Positions 1-14,686 of a stretch of DNA of 64,000 nucleotides are shown in pieces. The stretch is from Eledone cirrhosa. Taxonomy: Eukaryota. The stretch covers positions 274,660,001-274,724,000 of the forward strand of contig OZ024741.1 of NCBI GenBank assembly GCA_964016885.1, read 5' to 3'. Within the stretch, counting starts at the first letter, position 1, and each line of letters begins with the position of its first letter. Made by a program: the position numbers and the translations under genes. The notes below the pieces were generated by a model that was given only the letters and a program-made list of their open reading frames with translations, had not been told where the DNA came from and did not search any database.

Positions 1-172
1 TCGGTAGAGGGTCGGACGCCATGCTTTGACGCATTGAGTTACGGCCCTTGCCATTCTGAGTTCAAATCCCGCCAAGGTTAACTTTGCCTTTCATCCTTAC
101 GAGGTCGATAAAATAAAGAACCAGTAATGTACTGGGTAATTGCTGGCCTTGTGCCAAAAAGTAGAAACAATT
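1..172 (+). mobile_element. tRNA-derived SINE, Octopus-type family A (5' end cut by window)
   Basis: B-box-like GAGTTCAAATCCC, body CTTTGCCTTTCATCCTTAC..GGTCGATAAAATAAAG, tail GGCCTTGTGCCAAAA.GTAGAAACAATT; at least 6 other copies in the window. Confidence 0.85.
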
Positions 173-464
173 ATTTGGGAGAGAACACATCATTGACTTA
201 ATCGAATCGAGTACATAACTAGTATTTGGTTTTGTCGACCATTGAAGAATAAAAAGATAAACATTTCCCCTAGCTTAAAGAGACATTCCATCGTAGGCTA
301 ACAAAGTATTTGCAAGTAAGGTCTGTAAAACACAGAGATCATTTACATCACAGCCAGAAGATCTGTGGTATTTAGATGTCTGAGATAAAGACCGACCTCA
401 GGGAGAGATTTTTATAAACGGAGTACTGAGTTAAAGAACATCATCGTAACACTGCCGTTAATTA

Positions 465-812
465 CTTTCTTCTTCTTCTTCTTCTTCTTCTTCTTCTTCT
501 TCTTCTTCTTCTTCTTCTTCTTCTTCTTCTTCTTCTTCTTCTTCTTCTTCTTCTTCTTCTTCTACCCCCTCCTCCTCTTCCTCCTTCTCCTCATAGGCTC
601 GTAGAGGCAGAGTCTTCAAGCAGGCTTTATCAAAAGCAACCGTCTCCAACTGATCCGGCTGGATCACCAACCGAGACCAGCCAAGCTCGTAGATGTTATC
701 CAACCATCTTGTTTGTGGTATACCTCCCTGTCTCCTGTCGGTTGACTTTACCTGTAAAATCTGTCCAGCGTTTCTTTCTTTAGACATTCTAGTCAAACGT
801 CTGAGCCATGCA
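465..812 (-). mobile_element. RTE-clade LINE 3' end fragment with (GAA)n tail
   Basis: Minus strand reads RMSKERNAGQILQ..RRQGGIPQTRWLDNI, like the RTE C-terminal R.RGRP..RW.D motif; followed by (GAA)n; related copy at 7240-7490. Confidence 0.65.
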
Positions 813-1309
813 ACATATCAAGTAACGTTTCTCAAAAGACCCTTCGGAGGAGCCTGATTTCGGCTACTTGTATACACAATCGTATTCTTTTGGCATTTAC
901 CCATCATTCATAGCCATATGTAAAGGTAAAAACGAACACCTAATTGAAGATAACGAGTTTTGTTTTTACACCTAACTCCATTCTTCTTCTAAATGTTAAT
1001 CTTGGAACTAACAAAATCAAAGCAAGATGGCGAGAGCCTGCAAACACTGCCCGTTCCAAGTAAGAATATTAACAGAATATTCAATGTCCATTGACTTTTA
1101 TTAATACCACCCACACCACACCCCTCGTCTCCATGGGTAGGTGTTTTATCCCCAAGGGTTGACCGTTCTCAATAGTTAGTCTTGGTGGTGTTGCCATGTT
1201 AGCTGCCCATAACCTAAGCATATTGTACAGGGTTACATATTACCAGTAACGCCCAAGAGAAACGTATATAAGTGTATAGATATGTTTATACACACACACA
1301 CACATATAC

Positions 1310-1405
<96 letters not shown>

Positions 1406-1475
1406 ATATATATGTATATATATAGATATAGATAGGTAAATATACACGGGTGTGTATGATTGTGTATAGAAGATT

Positions 1476-1866
1476 ATATTAATAAGAGGAATTCCAACTT
1501 TGTCTGATTTACTCGTTTTATTTACAATCCTTTAAAATATATATAATGGTATTATAATGAAATAGTATGATAGAATATTAAATTCTAAGTGTTAATTGAA
1601 CAAGTACTTTCATGCTTTCGCAATCTTCAGGTTCATGATATGTGGTGACAGTCGAGTTTGCAATTTTCAACTGTTGAAAATTGCAAACTCGACTGTCACT
1701 ACATATCATGAACCTGAAGGTTGCGAAAGCATGAAAGTACCTGTTCAATTAACACTTAGAATTTAATATTCTATCATACTATTTCATTATTACCATTATA
1801 TATATTTTAAAGGATTGTAAATAAAACGAGTAAATCAGAGAAAGTTGGAATTCCTCTTATTAATAT
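1476..1866. mobile_element. ~195-bp-arm palindrome of a PLE-like 3' end carrying hammerheads, in (TA)n
   Basis: Arms are reverse complements around TTTTCAAC-T-GTTGAAAA (centre 1672), with about 4 substitutions and one 2-nt indel; TA-rich flanks. Confidence 0.85.
1597..1635 (-). ncRNA. Minimal type-I hammerhead ribozyme
   Basis: UGAAC-CUGAAGA-U UGC GAAA GCA U-GAAA-GUAC-UU-GUUCA; 5-bp stem I, GNRA-capped stem II, palindromic stem III. The mirror copy at 1709-1747 (+) has two core substitutions. Confidence 0.75.
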
Positions 1867-1927
1867 GTATATATATAGATAGATATATAGATATAGATAT
1901 ATATAGGTATATAGGTATATATATATA

Positions 1928-2021
1928 TAATTGTTTCTACTTTTGGTACAAGGCCACCAATTACTCAGTACATTACTGGTACTTTATTTTATCGACCCCG
2001 TAAGGATGAAAGGCAAAGTTA
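1928..2021 (-). mobile_element. SINE family A, 3' half
   Basis: Reverse complement of the body and tail of 1-172. Confidence 0.75.
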
Positions 2022-2116
2022 TTCTAATGAATAAACGATTTATGTAATATCAGTATCTTTATTAATGTTATATATATACGTGTATATTTCTATCTATTAT
2101 CTATCGCTCCCTCTCC

Positions 2117-2198
<82 letters not shown>

Positions 2199-2199
2199 C

Positions 2200-2870
2200 A
2201 CGTCCTCCACGGAACTCACTTAAGGACTCACCCACTGACATACACTCAAAAAATGTTTTTCCCACACGCCACCTAGATCCACAACACGCATAAACACCAC
2301 ACACACTTGTGCATACCACCACATATTTACACACTCAGCCTCCGGAATCCTCTCCCCCCACCCACCTGACCCCTCCCCATCCACACACGCACACACACAC
2401 CAGCCTACACCCCACCCCACAAAAACCTCTTCCTGAACATGCGACCCCGTTCTTCCCCAACTCTTACTTTCACATACACACACACACACACACGTACACC
2501 TACACACACTCACACCACCTTCAGCCCTCCCCGCTCGGACACCCCGCCTCCCTCTCACCACTCCACCCGCCACCACCCCTACACGCCCCACACCCTTCCA
2601 CCACCTGTTTTACTTCATGTTTATTTTTATTTTTATTATGCTTTTATATTTAATTTCATTTTTACCGTTTCCTCTCACCCCCTTTTTTCTATATGTCTCT
2701 CCACCACTCCCCTACACAACCTTGGAACTCTCTTCCCACACACTTTTCACCTGAAGAAGGGCTTATGCCCGAAACGTCGTTCCCCACCACCACCTCACTC
2801 TCAAGAGCGTGAAACTAATAAACCTTTATTCGTACTGCCTCTCTGTTTTGTTCCCGTTCAATTTGTTACT
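2200..2870 (+). mobile_element. PLE-like 3' end with hammerhead-like core and AATAAA
   Basis: Homologous to 57860-58500 and more weakly to 34340-34640; CTGAAGA-A-GGGC TTAT GCCC-GAAACGTC at 2751-2778; AATAAA near 2817; TA/GA microsatellite flanks. Confidence 0.7.
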
Positions 2871-3105
2871 ATATATCTATATATATATATATACAGGTAG
2901 ATACAGGTAAATGCTTGTAAGCATCCATGAATTCTAAATTATATTCACAACTAAATTTGTTCTCTTCAGTGAAAGCAAGTAAAATCCTTCTTTTTTAGTT
3001 TTATGCCGTTTCTTCCTCAACTGGAGAAAAATGTTTAAAATAAAAGCAGAACATACATACATACCTAACTGCGGTAAGAACATACACACACACATATATA
3101 TGTAT

Positions 3106-3214
<109 letters not shown>

Positions 3215-3351
3215 GTATATGTATATGTATATATATATATGTATATATGTATATGTATATATATATATGTATATATGTATATATGTGTATATTTATATGT
3301 GTATATTTATATAGATAAATATATATATGTGTATATTTATATAGATATAGA

Positions 3352-3404
<53 letters not shown>

Positions 3405-3556
3405 GGGGAGGGGGAAGGAGAAAAAGATAGAGAGAGAAAGAAAGAAACATACACACATATTCATATATATATATATGTGTGTGGTGTGTATGCATGTATA
3501 CACCCACCCACACATATATGTACTTATATATATACAAAAATATATATATACATACC

Positions 3557-3601
<45 letters not shown>

Positions 3602-4095
3602 GGGGGGGGGGGGTTGCATGACTGTGTGATTATGTGTGAGTGTGTGTATATGTGTGTGTATGAGTGTGTGTATGTATGTGTGTAACTATTTTTTATTTCA
3701 ATATTTCGTATGAAAGTTATCATATTCATTTATTACACAATAGCTATTATAAATAATAAATGATGAAGACAGCATTATAAGTTTTAAGTATATATAATTT
3801 AAACTAAACACCATGTTGATGGGATGTCGTGACCTCATACACTCGGTACAATAGAACAGCAACAACAACTACGACAACTACAGCCACAACAACAACAAAA
3901 ACAACAATAACAGCAACAACAACAACAACAACAATAATAACAAGAATAGCAACAACAACAACAACAGCAACAAGACTAACAATGGCAATATTAATAACAA
4001 AAATAAGGGGGGAAAAAAATGAGAAATTCTTATTGAAAAATAGATTAAATTTTCATAGCGAAAAACAACAAAATGACCGCAAGGGTATTTCATAT

Positions 4096-4170
<75 letters not shown>

Positions 4171-4255
4171 TGTGTCTGTGTGTGTGTAGAAACATATATG
4201 TATTTGATTTCACACACGTGTCATATATAAATATATACATATGTATGTGTACATA

Positions 4256-4319
<64 letters not shown>

Positions 4320-4351
4320 TATACATATACATACATATACAAAATATATAC

Positions 4352-4392
<41 letters not shown>

Positions 4393-4415
4393 TATACATA
4401 TATACATACATATAC

Positions 4416-4456
<41 letters not shown>

Positions 4457-4655
4457 AGAAAACGTGAAACAAAAACACAAAGACGTATACATGTACTTAA
4501 CATGCACCACATATATACATGTGTGTGTGTATGTGTGTGAGTTTATGTGTGGTTATGTGTGTGTTTATGTGTATGCATCCCTATATTCGTGCACCGTCGG
4601 CATTTATATAACCTCATGCAACACCCTCTCTCCTATTAATATACATATATATGTA

Positions 4656-4741
<86 letters not shown>

Positions 4742-4761
4742 CACATATAAATATATATATA

Positions 4762-4843
<82 letters not shown>

Positions 4844-4858
4844 TATATACACATATAA

Positions 4859-4961
<103 letters not shown>

Positions 4962-4981
4962 CACATATAAATATATATATA

Positions 4982-5021
<40 letters not shown>

Positions 5022-5091
5022 TATATATACACATATAAATATATATATATATATACACATATATATATACACACATATAAATATATATATA

Positions 5092-5161
<70 letters not shown>

Positions 5162-5176
5162 TATATACACATATAA

Positions 5177-5267
<91 letters not shown>

Positions 5268-5276
5268 CACATATAA

Positions 5277-5325
<49 letters not shown>

Positions 5326-5750
5326 TATATTTAAATGTATATATATATATTCAAGACTACAACTATAATCTGTGAAATCCCACACGGCAATAAATATGAT
5401 ATATTTAATATGTCGTCTCATATCATTTATATACTTCACTCTGGTATTTTTTTATCATTCAATTATCTTCTCCTCAAACCCTCGCCTCTGCCCCCTTATC
5501 ACACCTCCACTCCTGACCCTGGGGTGGTGGGGCAACAGATTATAGAGACAGTTGCTGCAAAGGAGATGTTCTAGATGTTGTTTTACGCTTCTACTTAGCA
5601 CTCCCGTGGGTTTCTCTCTGTGTATGCTATCTATCTATGTTTGTGTGTGCATGCATACATACGTAGATATGCACGCATACATACATATACAATATAAATG
5701 TATGTGTGTGTGCACGTGTGTGTGCATGTACATATGTAAATATATCTATA

Positions 5751-5810
<60 letters not shown>

Positions 5811-5813
<3 letters not shown>

Positions 5814-6008
5814 CGAAGGAAATGTGGTAAGGAACAAGGTGGACCATAACGCACCAAAGTACTCAATACTTAGGGTAGTAGAGTGGGTAATAGGAACGAG
5901 TAGGTCCCGACGGCCGAGCTCAAGCCGTTTCGAAGGCTAATTCTGGACGTCCAGAATTAGCCGTCGAAACGGCTTGAGCTCGGCCGTCGGGGTCCTACTC
6001 GTTCCTAT
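5811..6008. mobile_element. Short TA-embedded element (family with GAAACGGC..GCCGTC hammerhead 3' half), folded back
   Basis: Palindrome 5890-6008 centred on CTGGAC|GTCCAG; other copies at 19081-19245, 19290-19392, 32006-32172, 58745-58878. Confidence 0.75.
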
Positions 6009-6045
6009 ATATATATATATGTATATATATGTATATATATATACA

Positions 6046-6144
<99 letters not shown>

Positions 6145-6499
6145 TTGTATATATATATTTATATATATATATATATATATACATATATATAAGAAGCTAG
6201 TCAAAGAGAATCGACACAGCTTTGGCCGTTTTTTTTTTTCACTCAATGATATAATTAGGTATGCATTATTAAAAATACAAACCCATTACTCAGTCTTCAC
6301 ATATACGTTAATCAGTAAGATAAACGGCTTCGTGTGGGTATCATATTAATATATCAAAAGCCCGTATCAAGACATGGTTTCTGCAATTCTGATCTGTTAA
6401 TAACAGTCCAACCGGAACCCCCTTTCACAAAACTTAGGTAATATCAAGAGACATTACGTAATTTGGCACGAAATTGCTTCCTCGGCGAGTGTTATCCTC

Positions 6500-7035
6500 C
6501 CACGAATGTTAGGTAAAGATGCGCCAAGTCTGGATATTGTTGCCTGCGAACCAATCTATTTTCATTTTGATGATGATAGGGTCCGGTTGGACTCCTAGGT
6601 AGCTAAAGATGTTCCAAGCCTGGAAATCGTTGACTGTGGACCTGTCATTTTTTTTTTTTTTCCATTTGATGGTAATATATTCTGTTTGGGCTTGTAGACA
6701 ACAAGAAAAGCCAAAGTTTGGATATAATTGAACTCTATTCTGTCTTTGATGATAACAGGGTTTGGTTGGACCCTTAGAAAGCTAGAGCTACTGCAAATTC
6801 ACATATTGTTGAAGGAATCTAATTTTTTGTGGTAATAGGTCCTGATTAAATCCTTAGACAGATAGAGGTTTCCTAAGTCCTGATATTATTAGCTGTGGAT
6901 CTGTTTCCAGTTTTTATAGCAATAGGACTTGGCCGGATCATTAGACAGCTAAACGTACTCTATGTCTGGATATAATAAACCAATCTATTTTAATAGATCG
7001 GGTTTGGTTAATAAGGCCAGGTTTGGTCCGTAGAC
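6500..7035. repeat. Degenerate ~80-95 bp tandem repeat, about 6 units
   Basis: CCAAGTCTGGATATTGT-like motif recurs near 6524, 6614, 6711, 6792, 6872, 6960. Confidence 0.6.
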
Positions 7036-7239
7036 ATTAGCAACTCCTTGAACGCTATCGAGTTCTTCTTAGTTCTGACTCCTATCAATTGCTTTAACTG
7101 GTCTTTACAAACGCACATTGGTTTTACGTCCATTTTCCATGCTGGCATGGGTTGGACGAAGACGGGGGCTTATCTCAGTTTTATGAGTTAATCAACAGAG
7201 AGATACGAGCCCACGGCTCATTTATATTTACACATTTAT

Positions 7240-7490
7240 TTCTTCTTCTTCTTCTTCTTCTTCTTCTTCTTCTTCTTCTTCTTCTTCTTCTTCTTCTTCT
7301 TCTTCTTCTTCTTCTTCTTCTTCTTCGCCCAGTTATACCTGAGAGAGTCATAGTAGCAGAGTCCTAAAACAGTCCTTCCAACGGCTCCTGTCAGGAGCAA
7401 TCCGGTTGGATCTCCAAGCGAGACCATCCAAGCTCATGGATGTTATCAAACCATCTTGCTCGGGGTCTACCTCTGGGTCTCCTAAGGGTT
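7240..7490 (-). mobile_element. RTE-clade LINE 3' end fragment with (GAA)n tail
   Basis: Minus strand reads RRPRGRPRARWFDNIHELGWSRL. Confidence 0.7.
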
Positions 7491-7585
7491 GGTTTATTTA
7501 TTTACTTATTTACTTATTTATATAATTATTTATTTACTTGTTTATTTATTTATTTATTTTGCTACGGTTCTTCAGCCATGTATAT

Positions 7586-7680
<95 letters not shown>

Positions 7681-7761
7681 AATAAATATATATATGTATA
7701 TATATATATATAAATATATATATATGTGTGTGTGTATGTGTATATATATATTTATATATAA

Positions 7762-7820
<59 letters not shown>

Positions 7821-7862
7821 TATATATATACATATATATATATATATGTATATATATATATG

Positions 7863-7974
<112 letters not shown>

Positions 7975-8017
7975 TGTATATATATATAACAATATATATA
8001 TATATATATACAAATTC

Positions 8018-8108
<91 letters not shown>

Positions 8109-8354
8109 AATACTCATTCACACACTCTCACTCATAAACACACACACACAAACAAACACACACCCACACACAGACAACATAGTCTACTTCAGTTACTTTC
8201 TAATCATTTCAGTCGTCAGAAAATTTTTTTCATTAATTTTCCCCTCCCGCTAAAACGTAAGATGTATCGCTGATACCTTGTTAGAAGAAACGTGGGTGTA
8301 CATTGACGTATATGCATTAGTGTATAGTGTATATAATTCTTTTTAGTGTCGCTG

Positions 8355-8428
<74 letters not shown>

Positions 8429-8489
8429 TAAATATATATGTGTGTGTGTGTATGTGTATATATATATATATATATACATATATATATAC

Positions 8490-9811
<1,322 letters not shown>

Positions 9812-9813
9812 GC

Positions 9814-9877
<64 letters not shown>

Positions 9878-10139
9878 ATGTGTGGGTTTGTTTGTAAGTA
9901 GGTTGCTATATGTATTTTAATGATTCACCGATGTTGCGAAGTTTCGATGCCAGTGCCAAGTCTTGTTGTGTCATAGACGACTGAACAAATCTGCCAAACA
10001 TTGGAATCAAGTTTCAGCCATCTCCCTCAGAAGCCCTCATGTTCCAACACATCACCTCCACCACATTCATCGCACCGTTACTACCACTCGATAGCCCCAC
10101 CATCACCACCACCACCACCACTATCGTCGTCATCATCAA

Positions 10140-10183
<44 letters not shown>

Positions 10184-10863
10184 CCATCTGTAGACAATAG
10201 ATCCTTAGCGAAGGAGACTTGGCCAATTCTGTGAACAAGTGGTGTCCCCCCAGTGGAAGATGCCAACATAGTAAGATATGTTACTACCTAGTTAGCTAGC
10301 TCCTTACAAACTAACGGGGAAGATTCTATGCCAGGTGTAAGGGAACTCGAGATCCCAATCACTAGCGAAGATATTGCCAAGTTTGTGAACAAGTGGTCTC
10401 TCCCAGCGGAGATGGCCAACATGGTAAGGCGCATTATTGCCTAGTAGTTAGTTAGGCCCCGAGGAACCAGAGAGGTAGCTTTTACTCGAGAGGTAAAGAA
10501 CCCACAAATACACTTAAATTCCAGACCTCACGCTTATCAAGTTTCTAAAATCAAACCCATATGAAACTAAATAAATCTAGAAGTTATTAAGATCCGAGCA
10601 AGAATGTAATATTTAATATAAGTTATATACCTATACATATGTAAAACATAAGAGTCCTTATTTTTCTCAGTACACATCTGCCTCAACAGATTAATACAGA
10701 ATCTAATAACATACTTTAAACAATAATTTTGAATGGGAGTGTTTTTCTTACATGAATCATCGGACGATAACATATAACACAAAACTTCTAGATATTTCAA
10801 TCCATCCTGAAAACTGTTAGAAACTGTTAGAAGTACTGATAACTATGTGTTAATTAACTAATG

Positions 10864-11204
<341 letters not shown>

Positions 11205-11205
<1 letters not shown>

Positions 11206-11862
11206 AAATATAAGAATCAAAGAACTGTTCAAAACATTATTGTGCTTACAGCTGTTTCCTCCAAACCGAGGTTTGGATTCTTCGGAGCAATTTATTAATG
11301 AATGGACAGTTATATGACCTCCTTTTCAGCCAAGAGACATACCGATACATATGCAAATATTGTGGGTCAACATTCATTAAAGAATTTAGAGTGGCAGTAC
11401 ACACTTCGAGATTACATTCATATTAAAAGGTACAATCAAAAATCAAAAATACAGGTTAAAATACAACAGGAAGATAAGCGGTTATATAGTGCAAATGTTA
11501 TATGTGTGGCAAGCACGTGCGTCTTGTTTATATAGTGTGGCAGAGTGATACGTGTAGTAGAGGCACTTAGGTAGGTAAACAAGAGTGTTAGGTTGGTTGA
11601 TCTGGTGGCAAATTCTTTATATGATTGATATAGTCTGTGTGTGGAGAAATGATATAAGCATTAAAAATAGTGCAAGCATTAAAAATATTAAAAATATTAA
11701 AAGTATTGGAGATGCACAGCGAAGGGATGACAAGTACTTCATGTACTTCGACATTTTCATGGTCAGGGGAGTGTATTTATCGATTATATGCCCCTCACAT
11801 AATCCACGACAATTCGATATTGAGCGTTTGACAATCCAGTTTGTCAAACGCTCAATATCGTT
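11205..11862 (-). mobile_element. 5'-truncated PLE: GIY-YIG-like C-terminal remnant, 3' UTR, hammerhead; short 5' fold-back
   Basis: Minus-strand peptide RGLCEGHIIDKYTPL (R..E...I.K..P pattern); hammerhead 11243-11289; 20-bp-arm hairpin 11815-11860; (TA)n on both sides; 3'-end copy at 34156-34208. Confidence 0.6.
11243..11289 (-). ncRNA. Type-I hammerhead ribozyme (U4C variant)
   Basis: UGCU-CCGAAGA-A UCCAAACC UC GGUUUGGA G-GAAAC-AGCU-GUA-AGCA. Confidence 0.7.
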
Positions 11863-11869
11863 TATTACA

Positions 11870-11905
<36 letters not shown>

Positions 11906-12248
11906 CATCTAAATGGTTTCGCTGGCTAGTTTGAGCGCTGATGAGGGTAAAGATGTGTGTGTAAACTTGTTTTACATTGTATTTCCTTATTTCCTTCTTC
12001 CAGTCACTTCTATGCACCAACACAATTCTCCTTGTCCTCTTCCTGTTTCAATATTTTCTATATTTCATCTGCCTGTCACCCACCTTCTGGGTTATCTCTG
12101 GCCGCTGGTCTCTGTCATCTGAGGCATTTTAGCCCATCTTTGACAGCATTTAGCTGTTTTAACGGGTGTTCTAGGGGTGACATTTTTAAATGTATTCAAA
12201 TATACCATCGTTTCGTTTCGATCAGAGACAACATTATTTTTTTTCATT

Positions 12249-12284
<36 letters not shown>

Positions 12285-12339
12285 AATCAGGAAAGAAGAT
12301 TGACATGGTTTGCAATACAAAAAAGGTTTTTAATCTCAT

Positions 12340-12447
12340 TGCTGACTATTGTTTCTCTGAACTGGTAGGTTTAGAGATCGCTATTCGCTTGTTTTCACGT
12401 TACTCGATCGCCAATACAAAATTATAACCAATCAGTTCTTCGGAGCA
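12340..12447 (-). ncRNA. Type-I hammerhead with ~80-nt extended stem II (in element 12283-12478)
   Basis: UGCU-CCGAAGA-[~80 nt; CUGAUUGGU/ACCAGUUCAG]-GAAAC-AAUA-GUC-AGCA; the homologue at 58547-58654 has canonical CUGAUGA. Confidence 0.6.
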
Positions 12448-12512
12448 TGCTCCGAAGAACTGACTGGTTATAATTGTACGAAATATATATATATATATAT
12501 ATATATTGTACG

Positions 12513-12583
<71 letters not shown>

Positions 12584-13024
12584 TAATTATTTCTGAAGAC
12601 ACCATATGACCTATTTTCATCCCTAAAATAATCTTTCATTCATAATATTCTTTCCATCCAAAGCTGAAATCTACCTTCCTCTACCCATAAATTAAGGTTC
12701 TTTTACTACTATTTTACCATCTTGACCTTCACTATCTTTCTATTGGTCAATTCAAAACCTGTTCCCAAACAGACCTATTGTATTAAATCTTTGTTGGTTT
12801 TTTTCAATAAACAAATATCATTATTTCTGAAGACAGCATATATATGTGTAGGTATGTATATTCCCTCTGATAGTTTGTAAAAATTTTACATAGATCTATA
12901 GGATATGCATACCAACACACACATATATATCCTAGAAACGATCGTAAAATGATGAATTTTTTAATATAAGGAACTGTTTCTTTGTTTATTCATTATTTTG
13001 ATTAATTTATATATGTATATATAT

Positions 13025-13115
<91 letters not shown>

Positions 13116-13335
13116 TAATTGGTGTTGAATGCTTAAAGCGACCGTATGCGGTAGGCCGTATGAGCACTCAGGAAAATCTGCTTCGTAGAATCAAGACGTA
13201 TCTGAGAACCTTGCAATTTTCAGTGGTCAGGTTCGATCATCACATCGATCGTGCCTCGAGCCTGTCGCCAGAGAAACGATTATAATATGTCCAATAAATT
13301 CCATTCGTCGCAACACTGATTCCCTTTTTTCTGTG

Positions 13336-13444
<109 letters not shown>

Positions 13445-13450
13445 CATATA

Positions 13451-13832
13451 TATTACTTCAAAATATTAATAAATATAGACATTCATGTGATCAAATATAT
13501 TTTATTATACATATTTCAGAGGTACTGAGCTATTTCATCAGTACGTCCTCATCAGATAAAATAAATACATGCCAAGACTGGAATTGAACCATCAGCACAG
13601 TTGAGGTATGTCAGACATCAATTTATTTTATCTGATGAGGACGTACTAATGAAATAGCTCAGTACCTCTGAAATATGTATAATAAAATATATTTGATCAC
13701 ATGTATGTCTATATTTATTAATATTTTGAAGTAATATTAATAACTCCAGAAAACCTCTTTGTTGAGTGCTTCTAACCTATTGTAAAACTTTATTCGTCGA
13801 TTAATCAATGAACCTTGTTAAACTTTTGGTTA
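13451..13832. mobile_element. PLE-like 3' end with 116-bp inverted arms, in (TA)n
   Basis: 13451-13566 is the reverse complement of 13621-13737; the + arm continues to GAGTGCT (13764) and (TA)n; diverged family member at 23685-23980. Confidence 0.85.
13626..13687 (+). ncRNA. Type-I hammerhead ribozyme (C-C mismatch subtype); mirror copy 13500-13561 (-)
   Basis: UUUUAU-CUGAUGA-GGA C GUACU(G/A)A..UCAGUAC C UCU-GAAA-UAUGUA-UA-AUAAAA. Confidence 0.75.
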
Positions 13833-13929
13833 TATATATATAAAGTAATAATAATAAAATTGAAGACTAAAATCCAAAGAGGGCTCGATAAGGAAAATAT
13901 ATATCAAATATATAAGAACCGTAGAGCAA

Positions 13930-14604
13930 ATATTTATTAAAATAACAGATTAAAGTTTAAGCAAAGAATCGCTGCTTTCACCCTTAACGGGATCTTCTGA
14001 AACTAACAAAGTCAATCTGTAAACGCAGAACTGGATATTTCAAAAAACGTTGCAACCGGAGGAAGACAGGAAGACGATACTTTGGTTCGTGGTAACGTTC
14101 GCTGGCAAAGAACGGGAAAAAACGAATAATACGTCATTAATAGGAGCGGTGAAAAACAATTACGCGCAAAGACAAAACCACGTTTATGGTATAAAAGAGG
14201 TCGTAGACTAATGTTCTCTTAGGTGGTTCATAGAGACGTTCTCTGGCAATGAACGAAAAAACGAAGATAATAAGTCATATGTGGAGCGTGGAGAACAATA
14301 GCACGCAAAGACAAAACCACGTAAATGGTATAGCAGAAGTCGTAGACTAAAATTCTAACTAGGAGACCGAATGAATCTCCGCTACAGAGTTAAGAACAAA
14401 GTAAATAAATATAATACAGAAGTAATAGAAACAAATAAATACATACACGCAAACAGATACGTACATACACAAGCATACGCAAAACCTTACCATGGGTATT
14501 GAAATATCCAGTTCTGCGTTTACAGATTGACTTTGTTAGTTTCAGAAGATCCCGTTAAGGGTGAAAGTAGCGATTCTTTGCTTAAACTTTAATCTGTTAT
14601 TTTA

Positions 14605-14612
<8 letters not shown>
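13930..14612. mobile_element. MITE-like unit: 113-bp inverted termini (each a hammerhead) around a 455-bp spacer with an internal ~120-bp duplication
   Basis: 13930-14043 vs 14499-14612 are near-perfect reverse complements; CGCAAAGACAAAACCACGT..AGTCGTAGACTAA occurs twice. Confidence 0.8.
14538..14588 (+). ncRNA. Type-I hammerhead (U4A variant); mirror copy 13954-14004 (-)
   Basis: AGUUU-CAGAAGA-U CCC GUUAA GGG U-GAAA-G(C/U)AG CGAUUCU UUGC-UU-AAACU. Confidence 0.6.
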
Positions 14613-14685
<73 letters not shown>

Positions 14686-14686
<1 letters not shown>

